From assembly GCA_049289815.1 (NCBI GenBank), contig JBATMK010000285.1, positions 1 through 61,980 of the forward strand: a DNA stretch of 61,980 bases, in the 5' to 3' direction. Source of the DNA: Flavobacteriales bacterium. Its GTDB lineage: Bacteria; Bacteroidota; Bacteroidia; Flavobacteriales_F; PHOS-HE28. Of this stretch, positions 9,233 through 18,609 are shown piece after piece. The notes beneath the pieces are model-generated. The model ran no database searches and was not told the origin of the DNA. It saw only the letters and a list, made by a program, of their open reading frames with translations. Within the stretch, counting starts at the first letter, position 1. Each line of letters starts with the position of its first letter. Made by a program: the position numbers and the translations under genes.

Positions 9233-9304
9233 ACGGTGACCGGACCGGCGAAAAGTACACATACTCCTCAGCGACGAACGCCGTTCCAACAACACCTTCA
9301 CGCC

Positions 9305-10318
9305 ATGCGCAATCCGATCTCCATCACTACCACCAGCGGTCTCGGACTGATGGTGCTGCTCATCAGTGGATGCAGCCAGAGCCAGGATGCTGCGTACGTG
9401 CGCGATGATGTCTACGACCGTCCGGATCCGCGCACCATCACCGCAGCGGTGGCCGAGGAAGAGAAAACGGAACCAGCTGCCGAACAGAGCGACTATTACA
9501 ACCCGAATGAGGCGCAGCGCTATGCCAACCCGCGGGGCTATTACGATATGGCCTACAACGATCCGTACTACTACGGCTACGATCGTTACGGCTTCGGTAT
9601 GAGCTATGGCAGCGGATGGGGCGGCAGTATGTGGAGCAGCGGGTACGGCTACGGCAACGTGTGGGGCGATCCCTATTGGAACGGTTACGGTGGCTATGGG
9701 AACTGCATGAGCAACAACGGTTGGTACAACGGTTACGGCAGTTCATGGGGCTACGGCTACGGTAGCGGTTGGAACTACGGTTACGGCGGCTACTCCAATG
9801 GCTACGGTTGCGGTTGCGGCAACTCGTGGAACAGCCCTTACAACTACGGCGGATACAATGGCTACGGCTACTATGGATACGGTGGTGGCTGCTACAACTG
9901 CTACCAACCGATCATTACCTGTGGCGGCGAGGGTTGGGGTGGCAATACGGTCTACTCACACAGACCTTCGTTCGGTGGTGGCACCAGCACCGGCGGGAAC
10001 GGTACGGCTGCACCGGTGGGCCAACGGATGAACACCCGTGACCAGATCGGTTTGATCAAGCCACTGCCCGGCCGCACACGCCCCGAAATGAGCAACAACT
10101 CCTCGTTGATCCGCCCTGCTTATCCGGCAAGCGGTTCACAGTCGCGTGTGGTTCCGATCGCGAAGCCTGCGGAACATCCGCCGATCATCCAGCGCCAACG
10201 CGATCGGGGTGAGCGGCCGCAGCCGGTGCAACACAACGACAACAGCGGTACCCGAACGATCGATACCGACCGCAGTACGGGTGGTGGTGGGAATACCGGT
10301 GGGCGGCGTACACGCTAA
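9305..10318 (+). CDS. Low-complexity Gly/Tyr/Asn/Trp-rich lipoprotein, function unknown
   Basis: Track ORF 9167..10318 trimmed to ATG 9305 ([23 protein letters not shown], lipobox). The core is [21 protein letters not shown]...[31 protein letters not shown]...[18 protein letters not shown]. The tail is basic and Pro/Gly-rich. Confidence 0.7.
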   Translation: MRNPISITTTSGLGLMVLLISGCSQSQDAAYVRDDVYDRPDPRTITAAVAEEEKTEPAAEQSDYYNPNEAQRYANPRGYYDMAYNDPYYYGYDRYGFGMSYGSGWGGSMWSSGYGYGNVWGDPYWNGYGGYGNCMSNNGWYNGYGSSWGYGYGSGWNYGYGGYSNGYGCGCGNSWNSPYNYGGYNGYGYYGYGGGCYNCYQPIITCGGEGWGGNTVYSHRPSFGGGTSTGGNGTAAPVGQRMNTRDQIGLIKPLPGRTRPEMSNNSSLIRPAYPASGSQSRVVPIAKPAEHPPIIQRQRDRGERPQPVQHNDNSGTRTIDTDRSTGGGGNTGGRRTR

Positions 10319-10333
10319 CGAACAGTGCCAACG

Positions 10334-11812
10334 ATGAATGCGCTTGCACGCGTTGCAGCCGGGCTGCTCTTGCTCCAATGTGGCGGAACGACCAGCGCCC
10401 AGACCGAAGAGGACATCCTGCGTTTCTCTTTCCTGCAGCCCGGTGGATCGGGGCGCAGCAACGCGATGGCTGGTGCTTTCGGTGCCTTGGGTGCCGATCC
10501 CGCGGCAGTCACGATCAACCCTGCTGGGCTGGCGTTGTACAGCACCAGTGAGTTCTCGCTGACACCTTCTTTCGAGGTGCAGGATGCCAAAGCCACTCAC
10601 TACGGCAGCACCAGTGCGCTTACGGATAACCGCTTCTTCTTCAACAATGTGTTCGTGCAGTTCGCAGCACAAGGAAGTAGCGGGAGCAAGTGGACCAATT
10701 TCAGTTTCGGGCTTAGCTACGATCGTCTGGCCAGTTTCCATTGGGAGCGCCAGGCCATCGGCGAGAACGTGAACAGTTCCATTGCCCAGCGCTTCGTTAA
10801 TGAAGCCAATGGCACACCCTACTACTTGCTCGATTCCGTTTTCCCGTTCGGGACAGGACTGGCATGGTCCACATATGCGATCGACACGCTCAGTGGGGGC
10901 GTGGACAGCTATTTCGCCGCGATACCGGAAGGCAGCCGTGTGGATCAGTCGCATACCATCAGCAGTTCGGGGAACGTACATGCCACCAGCCTGTTCTTCG
11001 CCTCCAGTTACATGGACGAACTTTTCCTCGGTGGATCCATCGGCATCTATGGTGTGCGCCATGAACGCGTAACCAAGCATTCGGAAACAACCCTCGACCA
11101 AAACCTGCCTTTGGAAACACTGACCTATGAGGAGAACCTCGTTACAACCGGGAGCGGATTCGACCTGAAGCTCGGTGCAGTGATGCGCGCCGGTGATAAG
11201 GCTCGTTTCGGTCTGGCATTCCACTCCCCCATCTGGCTGCAGCTGAGCGATGCCTACACCACTGAACTGCGAACCGCCTTCCGCGACAATGGCGACCAAC
11301 TGACGGCCGAGAGCCCTGATGGCACCTTCACCTACCGCGGACGCACACCCCTCAGACTGATCGCGTCTGTCGCGCTCATCGTTGGCAAGTACGGGTCGTT
11401 CAGCGTCGACTACGAGTTTTCGGATTACAGGCACATGCGCCTCAAACCGAGCACGGGCATCATCGATGCGTACGACTTCGACGTGGAGAACGACATCATC
11501 CGCGACCGCTATCGCATTTCCCATCATGTGCGTGCGGGAACGGAGTGGCGCTTGGGTAGCAACCTGTATGTACGCGCTGGGGCCGGTTATTGGCCCGACC
11601 CGTACATCAAGTCAGACGCGCGGCACGGGCTTCCGTTGATCCGATACACCGCCGGTCTGGGATATCGCACAAAGCGCTGGAGCGTGGATCTGGCCGGACT
11701 TTACGGAAGCCGCACCAGCAATTATTTCCAATACGACCCGAGCCTGATCGAAGCGACCAATGAAACACTGACCGAGTACAAGGTGTTCGTTACGGTTGCT
11801 TACCGGCCGTAA
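10334..11812 (+). CDS. Outer-membrane beta-barrel protein, FadL/TodX/PorV-like
   Basis: ATG 10334 (a GTG at 10325 is also possible). Signal peptide ...TTSAQ. Motif GGSGRSNAMAGAFGALGADPAAVTINPAGLA is typical of the FadL/PorV family. Alternating beta pattern and an aromatic-rich C-terminus (KVFVTVAYRP). Confidence 0.75.
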   Translation: MNALARVAAGLLLLQCGGTTSAQTEEDILRFSFLQPGGSGRSNAMAGAFGALGADPAAVTINPAGLALYSTSEFSLTPSFEVQDAKATHYGSTSALTDNRFFFNNVFVQFAAQGSSGSKWTNFSFGLSYDRLASFHWERQAIGENVNSSIAQRFVNEANGTPYYLLDSVFPFGTGLAWSTYAIDTLSGGVDSYFAAIPEGSRVDQSHTISSSGNVHATSLFFASSYMDELFLGGSIGIYGVRHERVTKHSETTLDQNLPLETLTYEENLVTTGSGFDLKLGAVMRAGDKARFGLAFHSPIWLQLSDAYTTELRTAFRDNGDQLTAESPDGTFTYRGRTPLRLIASVALIVGKYGSFSVDYEFSDYRHMRLKPSTGIIDAYDFDVENDIIRDRYRISHHVRAGTEWRLGSNLYVRAGAGYWPDPYIKSDARHGLPLIRYTAGLGYRTKRWSVDLAGLYGSRTSNYFQYDPSLIEATNETLTEYKVFVTVAYRP

Positions 11813-11828
11813 GCCAGGGCACGAACGC

Positions 11829-11860
11829 AAAAGCCCCGATGGATCTCCATCGGGGCTTTT
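11829..11860. terminator. Bidirectional rho-independent terminator between convergent genes
   Basis: Perfect 14-bp stem aaaagccccgatgg / ccatcggggctttt with loop atct. A/T runs on both sides give a U-tract in either direction. Confidence 0.8.
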
Positions 11861-11877
11861 CAATTTCAGATGGGATA

Positions 11878-12723
11878 TCAGCGATCGGAATTCACCAAGG
11901 TCATCACTTCGGCGGCCACCGCTTCATCAACCAGTACACGGCCACAGTGTTCGCACACGATGATCTTCTTGTGGCTGCTGATGTCCAACTGACGCTGCGG
12001 TGGAATGCTATTGAAGCAACCGCCACAGCTGCCACGCTCTACAGGAACCACGGCCAAGCCGTTACGCGCGTTGCTGCGGATGCGGTGATAGGCGTTCAGC
12101 AGGCGCTCTTCGATATGCGAAGAAGCCGTTTTGCTCTTCTTCTGCAAGTCCTTCTCGTCCTTCTCCGTTTCCGAGATGATGTCGTGCAGTTCCTTCTTCT
12201 TCAGTTCAAGGTCCTTCTTGCGCTCCTTGAACAGCTTGGTGCTCTCATCCACCAAAGACTGCTTGGCCTCGATACCGAACTTGGCTTCCTTGATGCGCTT
12301 CTCCGCCAGCTGGATCTCCAGGTTCTGGAACTCGATCTCCTTGCCCAGCGAATCGAACTCGCGGTTGTTGCGCACTTTGGCCTGCTGAGCTTCGTACTTC
12401 TTGATCTGCGCTTTCGCGTCTTTGATGGCGTTCTGCTTCTCGGAAACCTGCGTCTCCATATCCTTCAACTCATCCTGGATCTTCACCTGGCGTGTTTCCA
12501 GACCGGCTACTTCATCCTCCAGGTCCTGCACCTCCAGGGGCAGTTCGCCGCGCACAGTGCGCAGGCGGTCGATCTTCGAATCCACCGTCTGGAGCAGGTA
12601 AAGTTCCTTGAGCTTCTCAGCAATGGTGATCTCGGCCTTAGTGGCTGCGTTCACGGCCTTGATGGCTCCGTTGGTAGTGGTCTTCTCTTCGGCCTTCGGT
12701 GCCTTGGCTGCGGTCTTCGACAT
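11878..12723 (-). CDS. Coiled-coil protein with C-terminal C4 zinc ribbon (COG1579/DUF164-like)
   Basis: 281 aa. A long Lys/Glu-rich coiled coil, then CGGC..x..CEHCGRVL. Located directly downstream of a Nif3 gene, a common pairing. Confidence 0.8.
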   Translation of the reverse strand: MSKTAAKAPKAEEKTTTNGAIKAVNAATKAEITIAEKLKELYLLQTVDSKIDRLRTVRGELPLEVQDLEDEVAGLETRQVKIQDELKDMETQVSEKQNAIKDAKAQIKKYEAQQAKVRNNREFDSLGKEIEFQNLEIQLAEKRIKEAKFGIEAKQSLVDESTKLFKERKKDLELKKKELHDIISETEKDEKDLQKKSKTASSHIEERLLNAYHRIRSNARNGLAVVPVERGSCGGCFNSIPPQRQLDISSHKKIIVCEHCGRVLVDEAVAAEVMTLVNSDR

Positions 12724-12725
12724 GT

Positions 12726-13820
12726 TCAGCGGTAATGGATGGGGTCCGTGTTAAGCCCCGATAAACGGACCGCGAAAGTAGGGATATTCCGGACCAGCCG
12801 TTCCTGGATTGCATGCATGGTGTACTGCTCGGTCTGCCAATGCCCGGCATCCACCAATAACATCGCCCCATCGGGCTCCTGGAACTGGTGATATTTCACG
12901 TCGGCCGTAACAAAGGCCTGCGCCCCGGCCGCCCGCGCCTTCCCCAGCAGGAAAGACCCGCTACCACCGCAAACGGCCACCCTTTGGATGGGCTTCCCCG
13001 TCAGGGGCGAATGCCTGAGATGGCCCTGCCCGAAGACCTGCTTCACATGATCCAGGAATGCGACCTCCTCCATGGGCTGGGCCAATTCCCCGAGCAGCCC
13101 GGATCCGATACCCGGATGGGCATTGGCCAGGACGAAGTGGTCGTAGGCCAGCTCCTCGTAGGGATGTACCGCCCGCATGGCCGCAAGGACCGCAGGCTCC
13201 CGTTCGACGGAATAGATGAGTTCCACCCGCACTTCGGCCTCGGCATGGCGCTCACCCACCTTGCCCACGAAAGGTTCCGTTCCTGCACCCGCCCTGAACG
13301 TACCCGTGCCCAGCAGGTTGAAGCTGCACTGATCATAGGCCCCGATATGCCCGGCACCAGCCTCGAAAAGAGCGTTGCGCATCACTTCGGCATGGGCTTC
13401 GGGAACGAAAACGGCCAATTTGCGCAGGCGATCCGTGCGGGGGTCGAGGACAGAAAGGGGCTTCAACCCCAGTCTCCGCCCGATCTCCCCGTTCACGCCG
13501 TCGATGACATTGTCCAAGTTGGTGTGGATGGCGTGGATGGCGATGTTCTTCCGCAATGCGAGTTCGATCGTGCGCTCCACCGCGTTGGCGCCTGTGAGCC
13601 GCTTCAGCCCTTTGAAGATCACGGGGTGATGGCAGATGATCAGGTTGCAGCCCAGGCGTTCCGCCTCCAAAACCACCTCCTCGTTGCAGTCGATGCAGAC
13701 CAGGGCCGCTTTTGCCTCCGCATGGCGGTCGCCCACCTGGAGACCACTATTGTCGTAGTCTTCCTGCAGGGATGGTGGTGCCCATTGGTCGAGCACAGCG
13801 ATGATGGATGCGATGGTCAT
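12726..13820 (-). CDS. Nif3-like dinuclear metal centre protein (GTP cyclohydrolase 1 type 2 family)
   Basis: 364 aa. N-terminus IIAVLDQWAPPSLQEDYDNSGLQVG..., then LIICHHP, and a C-terminal GGSGSF...TADVKYHQF. Confidence 0.85.
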   Translation of the reverse strand: MTIASIIAVLDQWAPPSLQEDYDNSGLQVGDRHAEAKAALVCIDCNEEVVLEAERLGCNLIICHHPVIFKGLKRLTGANAVERTIELALRKNIAIHAIHTNLDNVIDGVNGEIGRRLGLKPLSVLDPRTDRLRKLAVFVPEAHAEVMRNALFEAGAGHIGAYDQCSFNLLGTGTFRAGAGTEPFVGKVGERHAEAEVRVELIYSVEREPAVLAAMRAVHPYEELAYDHFVLANAHPGIGSGLLGELAQPMEEVAFLDHVKQVFGQGHLRHSPLTGKPIQRVAVCGGSGSFLLGKARAAGAQAFVTADVKYHQFQEPDGAMLLVDAGHWQTEQYTMHAIQERLVRNIPTFAVRLSGLNTDPIHYR

Positions 13821-13855
13821 CTTTGGGCAATGCGCTTAGGCTGGGCAAAATAGAC

Positions 13856-14923
13856 ATGGGTCAAGCGCAGCTACTTCTCCTGCCCTTCAGCTGGCTTTAT
13901 GCGGTCATTTTGCGGCTGAGACATGCCCTCTACGATTCGGGGCTGTTGAAGAGCCGCCGACCGGAGGTACCGACCATCGTCGTGGGCAATCTCTCGTTCG
14001 GCGGTACGGGCAAAACACCGCATGTTGAGCTGGTGCTGCGTTGCTTGGAAGGGATCGCCCCGCTGGCCACCCTGAGCCGTGGATACGGCCGCAACGGCTT
14101 CGGCACGCTGGCAGTGGAAGCTGATGATGAAGCCTACGGTGTGGGTGACGAGCCGTTGCAGTTCAAGCGCAAGTTCCCTGAGGCACATGTATACGTGGGT
14201 GCGGAAAGGGTGAAGGCGATCGGTGCGATCGTGAAGGACGTGAGCGGATTGAAGGCCGTTGTGCTGGATGACGCCTTTCAGCATCGACCGTTGAACGCCG
14301 GGCTCAATATCCTGCTCACAACTTGGGCCAAGCCGTGGTTCGATGATCACTTGGTACCGGCCGGCACCTTGCGCGATGTGCCATCACGAGTACGCGCCGC
14401 TCAAATGGTTGTGGTGACGAAGTGCCCCCGCCTGCCCACAACGGACGAACAAAGGCTCTGGCGGGAACGCCTTCGTTTGAGCACGGGGCAGCACCTCTTT
14501 TTCAGCGGACTGGATCATGCGGAACCACGCTTACTGGAACCGACCGGTGCACTCGGCCAACACGTGCCTTTATCCGGGGCTTCGGTCCTGTTGCTCACAG
14601 GCATTGCCGACCCAGCGCCACTGGTCAGCCATGTAAAAGGACTAGTGAAGGAATTTGCCCATCTGCCCTTCCCCGACCACCACACCTTCAGTAGCGCCGA
14701 CCTCCAGAAAGCGGTCGCCCGCTTGGCTACTTTCGCGGCCGGTCCGAAACTGTTGGTGACCACGGAGAAGGACGCCATGCGCCTGCTGCCACACCTACGT
14801 TCCGGACCGCTGGCCAACATCACCATCGTTGTGATCGGTGTGGAAGCCGTGATCCTCAACGAACCCGAACGCTTCACCGCCCTGCTCCGCCACTATGTTG
14901 CTACGCATCAAGCGAACCGCTGA
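13856..14923 (+). CDS. lpxK: Tetraacyldisaccharide 4'-kinase
   Basis: Track ORF 13808..14923 trimmed to ATG 13856. P-loop VVGNLSFGGTGKTP, then LSRGYGR and DDAFQH. Confidence 0.85.
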   Translation: MGQAQLLLLPFSWLYAVILRLRHALYDSGLLKSRRPEVPTIVVGNLSFGGTGKTPHVELVLRCLEGIAPLATLSRGYGRNGFGTLAVEADDEAYGVGDEPLQFKRKFPEAHVYVGAERVKAIGAIVKDVSGLKAVVLDDAFQHRPLNAGLNILLTTWAKPWFDDHLVPAGTLRDVPSRVRAAQMVVVTKCPRLPTTDEQRLWRERLRLSTGQHLFFSGLDHAEPRLLEPTGALGQHVPLSGASVLLLTGIADPAPLVSHVKGLVKEFAHLPFPDHHTFSSADLQKAVARLATFAAGPKLLVTTEKDAMRLLPHLRSGPLANITIVVIGVEAVILNEPERFTALLRHYVATHQANR

Positions 14924-15707
14924 CTTCCTGAAGCAGCGCACCAACGGCTTCACCCCGGAAACAGGCATCATCCTCGGGACCGGTCTCAGTGGGCTGGGCA
15001 AGGAGATCGAAGTGGAACACACCGTCCCTTATGCCGATATACCGGACTTCCCGGTAAGCACGGTGCAAGGGCACAAAGGCCAGTTCCTTTTCGGCAAGCT
15101 CGGCGGTAAACCGGTTGTGGCCATGCAGGGCCGCTTCCATTATTACGAAGGCTATACCATGGAGGAGGTGGTACGGCCGGTGCGCGTGATGATGTTCCTC
15201 GGTATCCGTCGCCTGTTCTTGAGCAACGCCAGCGGCGGGGTGAACCCGGACATGATCATCGGGGACCTGATGATCCTGGACGACCACATCAATCTCTTCC
15301 CGAACCCGTTGATCGGCCCGAACATCGGCGAACTCGGAACACGTTTCCCGGACATGAGCGAACCGTACGACCATGGGATGATCGCCAAGGCGAAAGCCAT
15401 AGCCAAAGACCACGGGCTGCGGGTGATCACCGGCACGTACGTGGGACTTACCGGTCCCACGCTGGAAACACCGGCCGAGTACCGCTATGTGCGCAATCTC
15501 GGTGGCGATGCGGTAGGCATGAGCACCGTGCCGGAAGTGATCGCTGCGAAACACATGGGCCTGCCCTGCTTCGCCATGAGTGTGATCACCGACCTGGGCG
15601 TACCCGGCCTCATTGAAAAGACCACACACGAAATGGTGCAGCGCGTTGCTGAAGAGGCCGAGCCGAAGTTGACGTTGATCATGAAGGAACTTATCGCAAC
15701 AACTTGA
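14895..15707 (+). CDS. Purine nucleoside phosphorylase (trimeric PNP family)
   Basis: 270 aa. GIILGTGLSGL, STVQGHKGQFLFG, MQGRFHYYEGY, GMSTVPEVI. Overlaps the lpxK 3' end by 29 nt. Confidence 0.88.
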   Translation: MLLRIKRTADFLKQRTNGFTPETGIILGTGLSGLGKEIEVEHTVPYADIPDFPVSTVQGHKGQFLFGKLGGKPVVAMQGRFHYYEGYTMEEVVRPVRVMMFLGIRRLFLSNASGGVNPDMIIGDLMILDDHINLFPNPLIGPNIGELGTRFPDMSEPYDHGMIAKAKAIAKDHGLRVITGTYVGLTGPTLETPAEYRYVRNLGGDAVGMSTVPEVIAAKHMGLPCFAMSVITDLGVPGLIEKTTHEMVQRVAEEAEPKLTLIMKELIATT

Positions 15708-15712
15708 AGGTC

Positions 15713-17119
15713 ATGGCTGTATTGAACCGTTGTTCGTTGTTCGTTGTTCGTTGTTCGATAGCCGCCTCTTTGCTGCTGGGCACATCGATCGGCCTGCACG
15801 CTCAAGACAGCCTCAACATGTCCCTTGCCGGGCGCTGGTATGTGGACACGCTACCTGCGACCTTGCAATACGGAAATGTGTACAACGCCACTTGGGGCTA
15901 CGCCCGCGACGGGCGGGAGTACGGTATCATCGGGAGCATTCCGGGCACGCACATCATCGATGTGACCGATCCAGCGACTCTTGAAGAAGTCGCTTTCATT
16001 CCCGGTGCCTGGCAGGGCCTCGATGTCGTGCACCGTGAATTCAAGACTTATCAGGACCGGTTGTACGGTGTTACGGATGAAGGTCAAGGCTCATTGCAGA
16101 TCATCGATCTGCGTTGGCTGCCGGACAGCGCACCTGTGATCTACGATAGCCATGCCCTCCTGTACCGCGCCCATACCCTCTGGATCGATACGACGAACGC
16201 GCGACTATACACCTGGGCAGGTTCCTCGGAAGCAGCCGTGTACGACCTGAGCGATCCCGATCAACCGGTTCTCCTCAACGACTGCGAAGCCGACATCTCC
16301 TGGTGGAACACGGAAGTAGGCTGGGTGCACGACGGTTATGTGCGCGACAACATTGCCTACACGAACGATATGGACGGCATGCACATCGTGGACTTCACCA
16401 ACATCAATGCGCCGCAATTGATCGGCTCACTGACCAATTACCCGCAGCCGGGGTACAACCACAGCGGTTGGTTGCATGAGAACGGATGGCTGTATGTGCA
16501 GGCCGATGAAACGCACGGTACCGACCTCAAGCTCTTCGACGTGACCATTCCCACGAGCATCGAGTTCGTGGATACCATCGGTGTGGAGTTGAGCCAGTAT
16601 TCGATCCCGCATAATCCCTGCTTCAAGGGCGATGAGTTGCATGTGAGCTACTACTACGATGGCTACTGGTTATGGAGCGTGGCCGATCCCTTCAACGCGC
16701 AACTGCTGGGTTACTACGACACTTCCCTGGAACCCCACGGTCCCAGTTACAAGGGGGCATGGGGCGTGTATCCGTTCCTGCCCAGTGGCCACGTGCTGGT
16801 AAGCGATATGCAACGCGGGTTGTTCGTCATCGATATCAGCGCCGCATTGGCGCTGGGCCAGGAACTGGCGTATCAGGCGCACTACGCGAAGGTCTTCCCG
16901 AACCCGGCCGATGACCATGTCAGCATCTCGTGCAAGGAGGCGATCACCGACATCGTTGTGTTCGATGCGCAGGGACGGATCGAATCTGTTGAGCCGATCA
17001 TCTCCGGACCAACGGCCCACATCGTTACTGCAAGCCTGCCGGACGGACTTTATATCGCGCGCACCACCACGACTGACGCCGTCCTTGTTTCGCGCTTCAT
17101 CAAGACCGGAAGGCAATGA
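15713..17119 (+). CDS. Choice-of-anchor-B-like secreted protein with type-A T9SS C-terminal sorting domain
   Basis: ATG 15713 preferred over TTG 15704. Signal peptide ...SIGLHAQ. N-terminal region GNVYNATWGYARDGREYGIIGS..THIIDVTDP. C-terminal VFPNPADDHVSIS...GLYIAR... tail. Confidence 0.8.
   Translation: MAVLNRCSLFVVRCSIAASLLLGTSIGLHAQDSLNMSLAGRWYVDTLPATLQYGNVYNATWGYARDGREYGIIGSIPGTHIIDVTDPATLEEVAFIPGAWQGLDVVHREFKTYQDRLYGVTDEGQGSLQIIDLRWLPDSAPVIYDSHALLYRAHTLWIDTTNARLYTWAGSSEAAVYDLSDPDQPVLLNDCEADISWWNTEVGWVHDGYVRDNIAYTNDMDGMHIVDFTNINAPQLIGSLTNYPQPGYNHSGWLHENGWLYVQADETHGTDLKLFDVTIPTSIEFVDTIGVELSQYSIPHNPCFKGDELHVSYYYDGYWLWSVADPFNAQLLGYYDTSLEPHGPSYKGAWGVYPFLPSGHVLVSDMQRGLFVIDISAALALGQELAYQAHYAKVFPNPADDHVSISCKEAITDIVVFDAQGRIESVEPIISGPTAHIVTASLPDGLYIARTTTTDAVLVSRFIKTGRQ
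15728..15757 (+). repeat. Perfect tandem heptanucleotide repeat (CGTTGTT)x4 + CG inside the signal-peptide coding region
   Basis: Read directly: cgttgtt cgttgtt cgttgtt cgttgtt cg. It encodes RCSLFVVRCS in the gene frame. The same tract gives track ORF 15730..15984 in another frame. Confidence 0.95.
16889..17116 (+). other. Type-A T9SS C-terminal sorting domain (CTD) of the 15713..17119 product
   Basis: KVFPNPADDHVSISCKEAITDIVVFDAQGRIESVE...LPDGLYIARTTTTDAVLVSRFIK. Confidence 0.75.
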
Positions 17120-18609
17120 GCGGTGCCAAACACTGGAGCGAGGAGTGGGACCTGGTGGTCGGCCTCGAGGTGCACGCGCAGCTCATGACGGAGAGCAAGG
17201 CGTATAGCAGCGACGCGAACGCCTATGGTGATCACCCCAACACCAACATCAGCACGGTAACGCTGGGCTTGCCTGGTACACTGCCGGTGATGAACCGCAA
17301 GAGCATCGAACTGGCCGTGCGCATGGGCCTCGCCTGCGGAAGTCGCATCGCCCCGTGGATGCACTTCGCCCGCAAGAACTACTTCTACCCCGACCTGCCC
17401 AAGGGATACCAGATCACACAGGACACCACTCCGATCTGCGTGGGCGGTACGATCATGATCCCCGTCACTTCCAATGCCGGTGAAGCGTTGGGCGACAGGA
17501 AGGAAAAAGCTATCCGCCTCGTTCGTATACACTTGGAAGAGGACGCGGGAAAGAGCATCCACGATGTGGACCCGTTCAACACTCTCGTTGACCTGAACCG
17601 CGCCGGTGTGCCGTTGATCGAGATCGTGAGCGAACCCGACATCCGCAGCAGCCAGGAGGCGTACGACTACTTGGTGGAAGTACGCCGGATGGTACGCTAC
17701 CTGGATATCTGCGACGGTAACATGGAGGAAGGCAGCCTGCGGTGCGACGCCAACATCAGCGTGAAGCGTAAGGGCACCGAGACGCTCGGGCTGCGCTGCG
17801 AGGTGAAGAACCTGAACAGTTTCAAGAACGTGCAACGCGCCATCGAACACGAGGCACAACGCCAGTCGGAGATCCTTGCGGCGGGTGGAGTGATCGAACA
17901 GCAGACGCGCACCTTCGATGCCGTGAAAGGCAGCACCAGCGGTTTGAGGAGTAAGGAGCAGGCGCACGACTACCGCTACTTCCCGGAACCCGACCTGCAG
18001 CCGATCACGGTGAGCGAGCAGGCACGCGAACGGATCCGCGCAGCCATGCCCCCACTACCGCGCGAGTTGCGCGCCAAGTACACCGGTACGCTCGGCCTGA
18101 GCGCATACGATGCGAACGTGCTCACCGACGACAAAGCAACGGCACTCTACTATGAGGCCGTGATCTCCAAGACCAGCAACCACAAGGCTGCAGCCAACTG
18201 GGTCACCGGCGAAGTGCGCAGCTGGATCAACGAACGCGGGTTGGAGATGAATGACTTCCCAGTGAGCGCGGAGAAGCTGGCCGGCTTGATCGGGTTGATC
18301 GATAGCGGTGCCATCAGCCACAGCGGTGCCTCGCAGAAACTGCTGCCGTTGATGGTGGAGGATCCGGAGACGGATGCTTCAACCCTGGCCAAACAGCACG
18401 ACCTGTTGCAGGATGCCGGTGAGGATGTGATCGCACTCGCGGTGAAGGATGCCATGACGCGCTACCCGGAGAAAGTCGCGGCATACCGCGCCGGCAACAA
18501 GGGCATGCTCGGCTTGTTCATGGGCGAGGTGATGAAGGCCTCCAAGGGCAAGGCCGATCCACGCAAGGCGAACGAACTGGTGAAACAACTCCTCGAACAA
18601 GACAATTGA
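17116..18609 (+). CDS. gatB: Asp-tRNA(Asn)/Glu-tRNA(Gln) amidotransferase subunit B
   Basis: 497 aa. WDLVVGLEVHAQL, NRAGVPLIEIVSEPD, GSLRCDANISV, YRYFPEPDL. ATGA overlap with the upstream gene. Confidence 0.93.
   Translation: MSGAKHWSEEWDLVVGLEVHAQLMTESKAYSSDANAYGDHPNTNISTVTLGLPGTLPVMNRKSIELAVRMGLACGSRIAPWMHFARKNYFYPDLPKGYQITQDTTPICVGGTIMIPVTSNAGEALGDRKEKAIRLVRIHLEEDAGKSIHDVDPFNTLVDLNRAGVPLIEIVSEPDIRSSQEAYDYLVEVRRMVRYLDICDGNMEEGSLRCDANISVKRKGTETLGLRCEVKNLNSFKNVQRAIEHEAQRQSEILAAGGVIEQQTRTFDAVKGSTSGLRSKEQAHDYRYFPEPDLQPITVSEQARERIRAAMPPLPRELRAKYTGTLGLSAYDANVLTDDKATALYYEAVISKTSNHKAAANWVTGEVRSWINERGLEMNDFPVSAEKLAGLIGLIDSGAISHSGASQKLLPLMVEDPETDASTLAKQHDLLQDAGEDVIALAVKDAMTRYPEKVAAYRAGNKGMLGLFMGEVMKASKGKADPRKANELVKQLLEQDN

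Noticed and set aside
9400-10000. GGC/TAC/GGT-rich low-complexity DNA with short ORFs in four frames (9366..9602, 9438..9746, 9769..10041, 9798..10031)
   Set aside because: It is not a perfect microsatellite. It is the coding sequence of the Gly/Tyr-rich lipoprotein core, and the other frames are artefacts of the codon repetition.
10136-11527. 463-aa minus-strand ORF
   Set aside because: It is antisense to the FadL/PorV-like barrel gene and to the tail of the Gly/Tyr-rich gene. It has no motifs, and the plus-strand products have signal peptides and family signatures.
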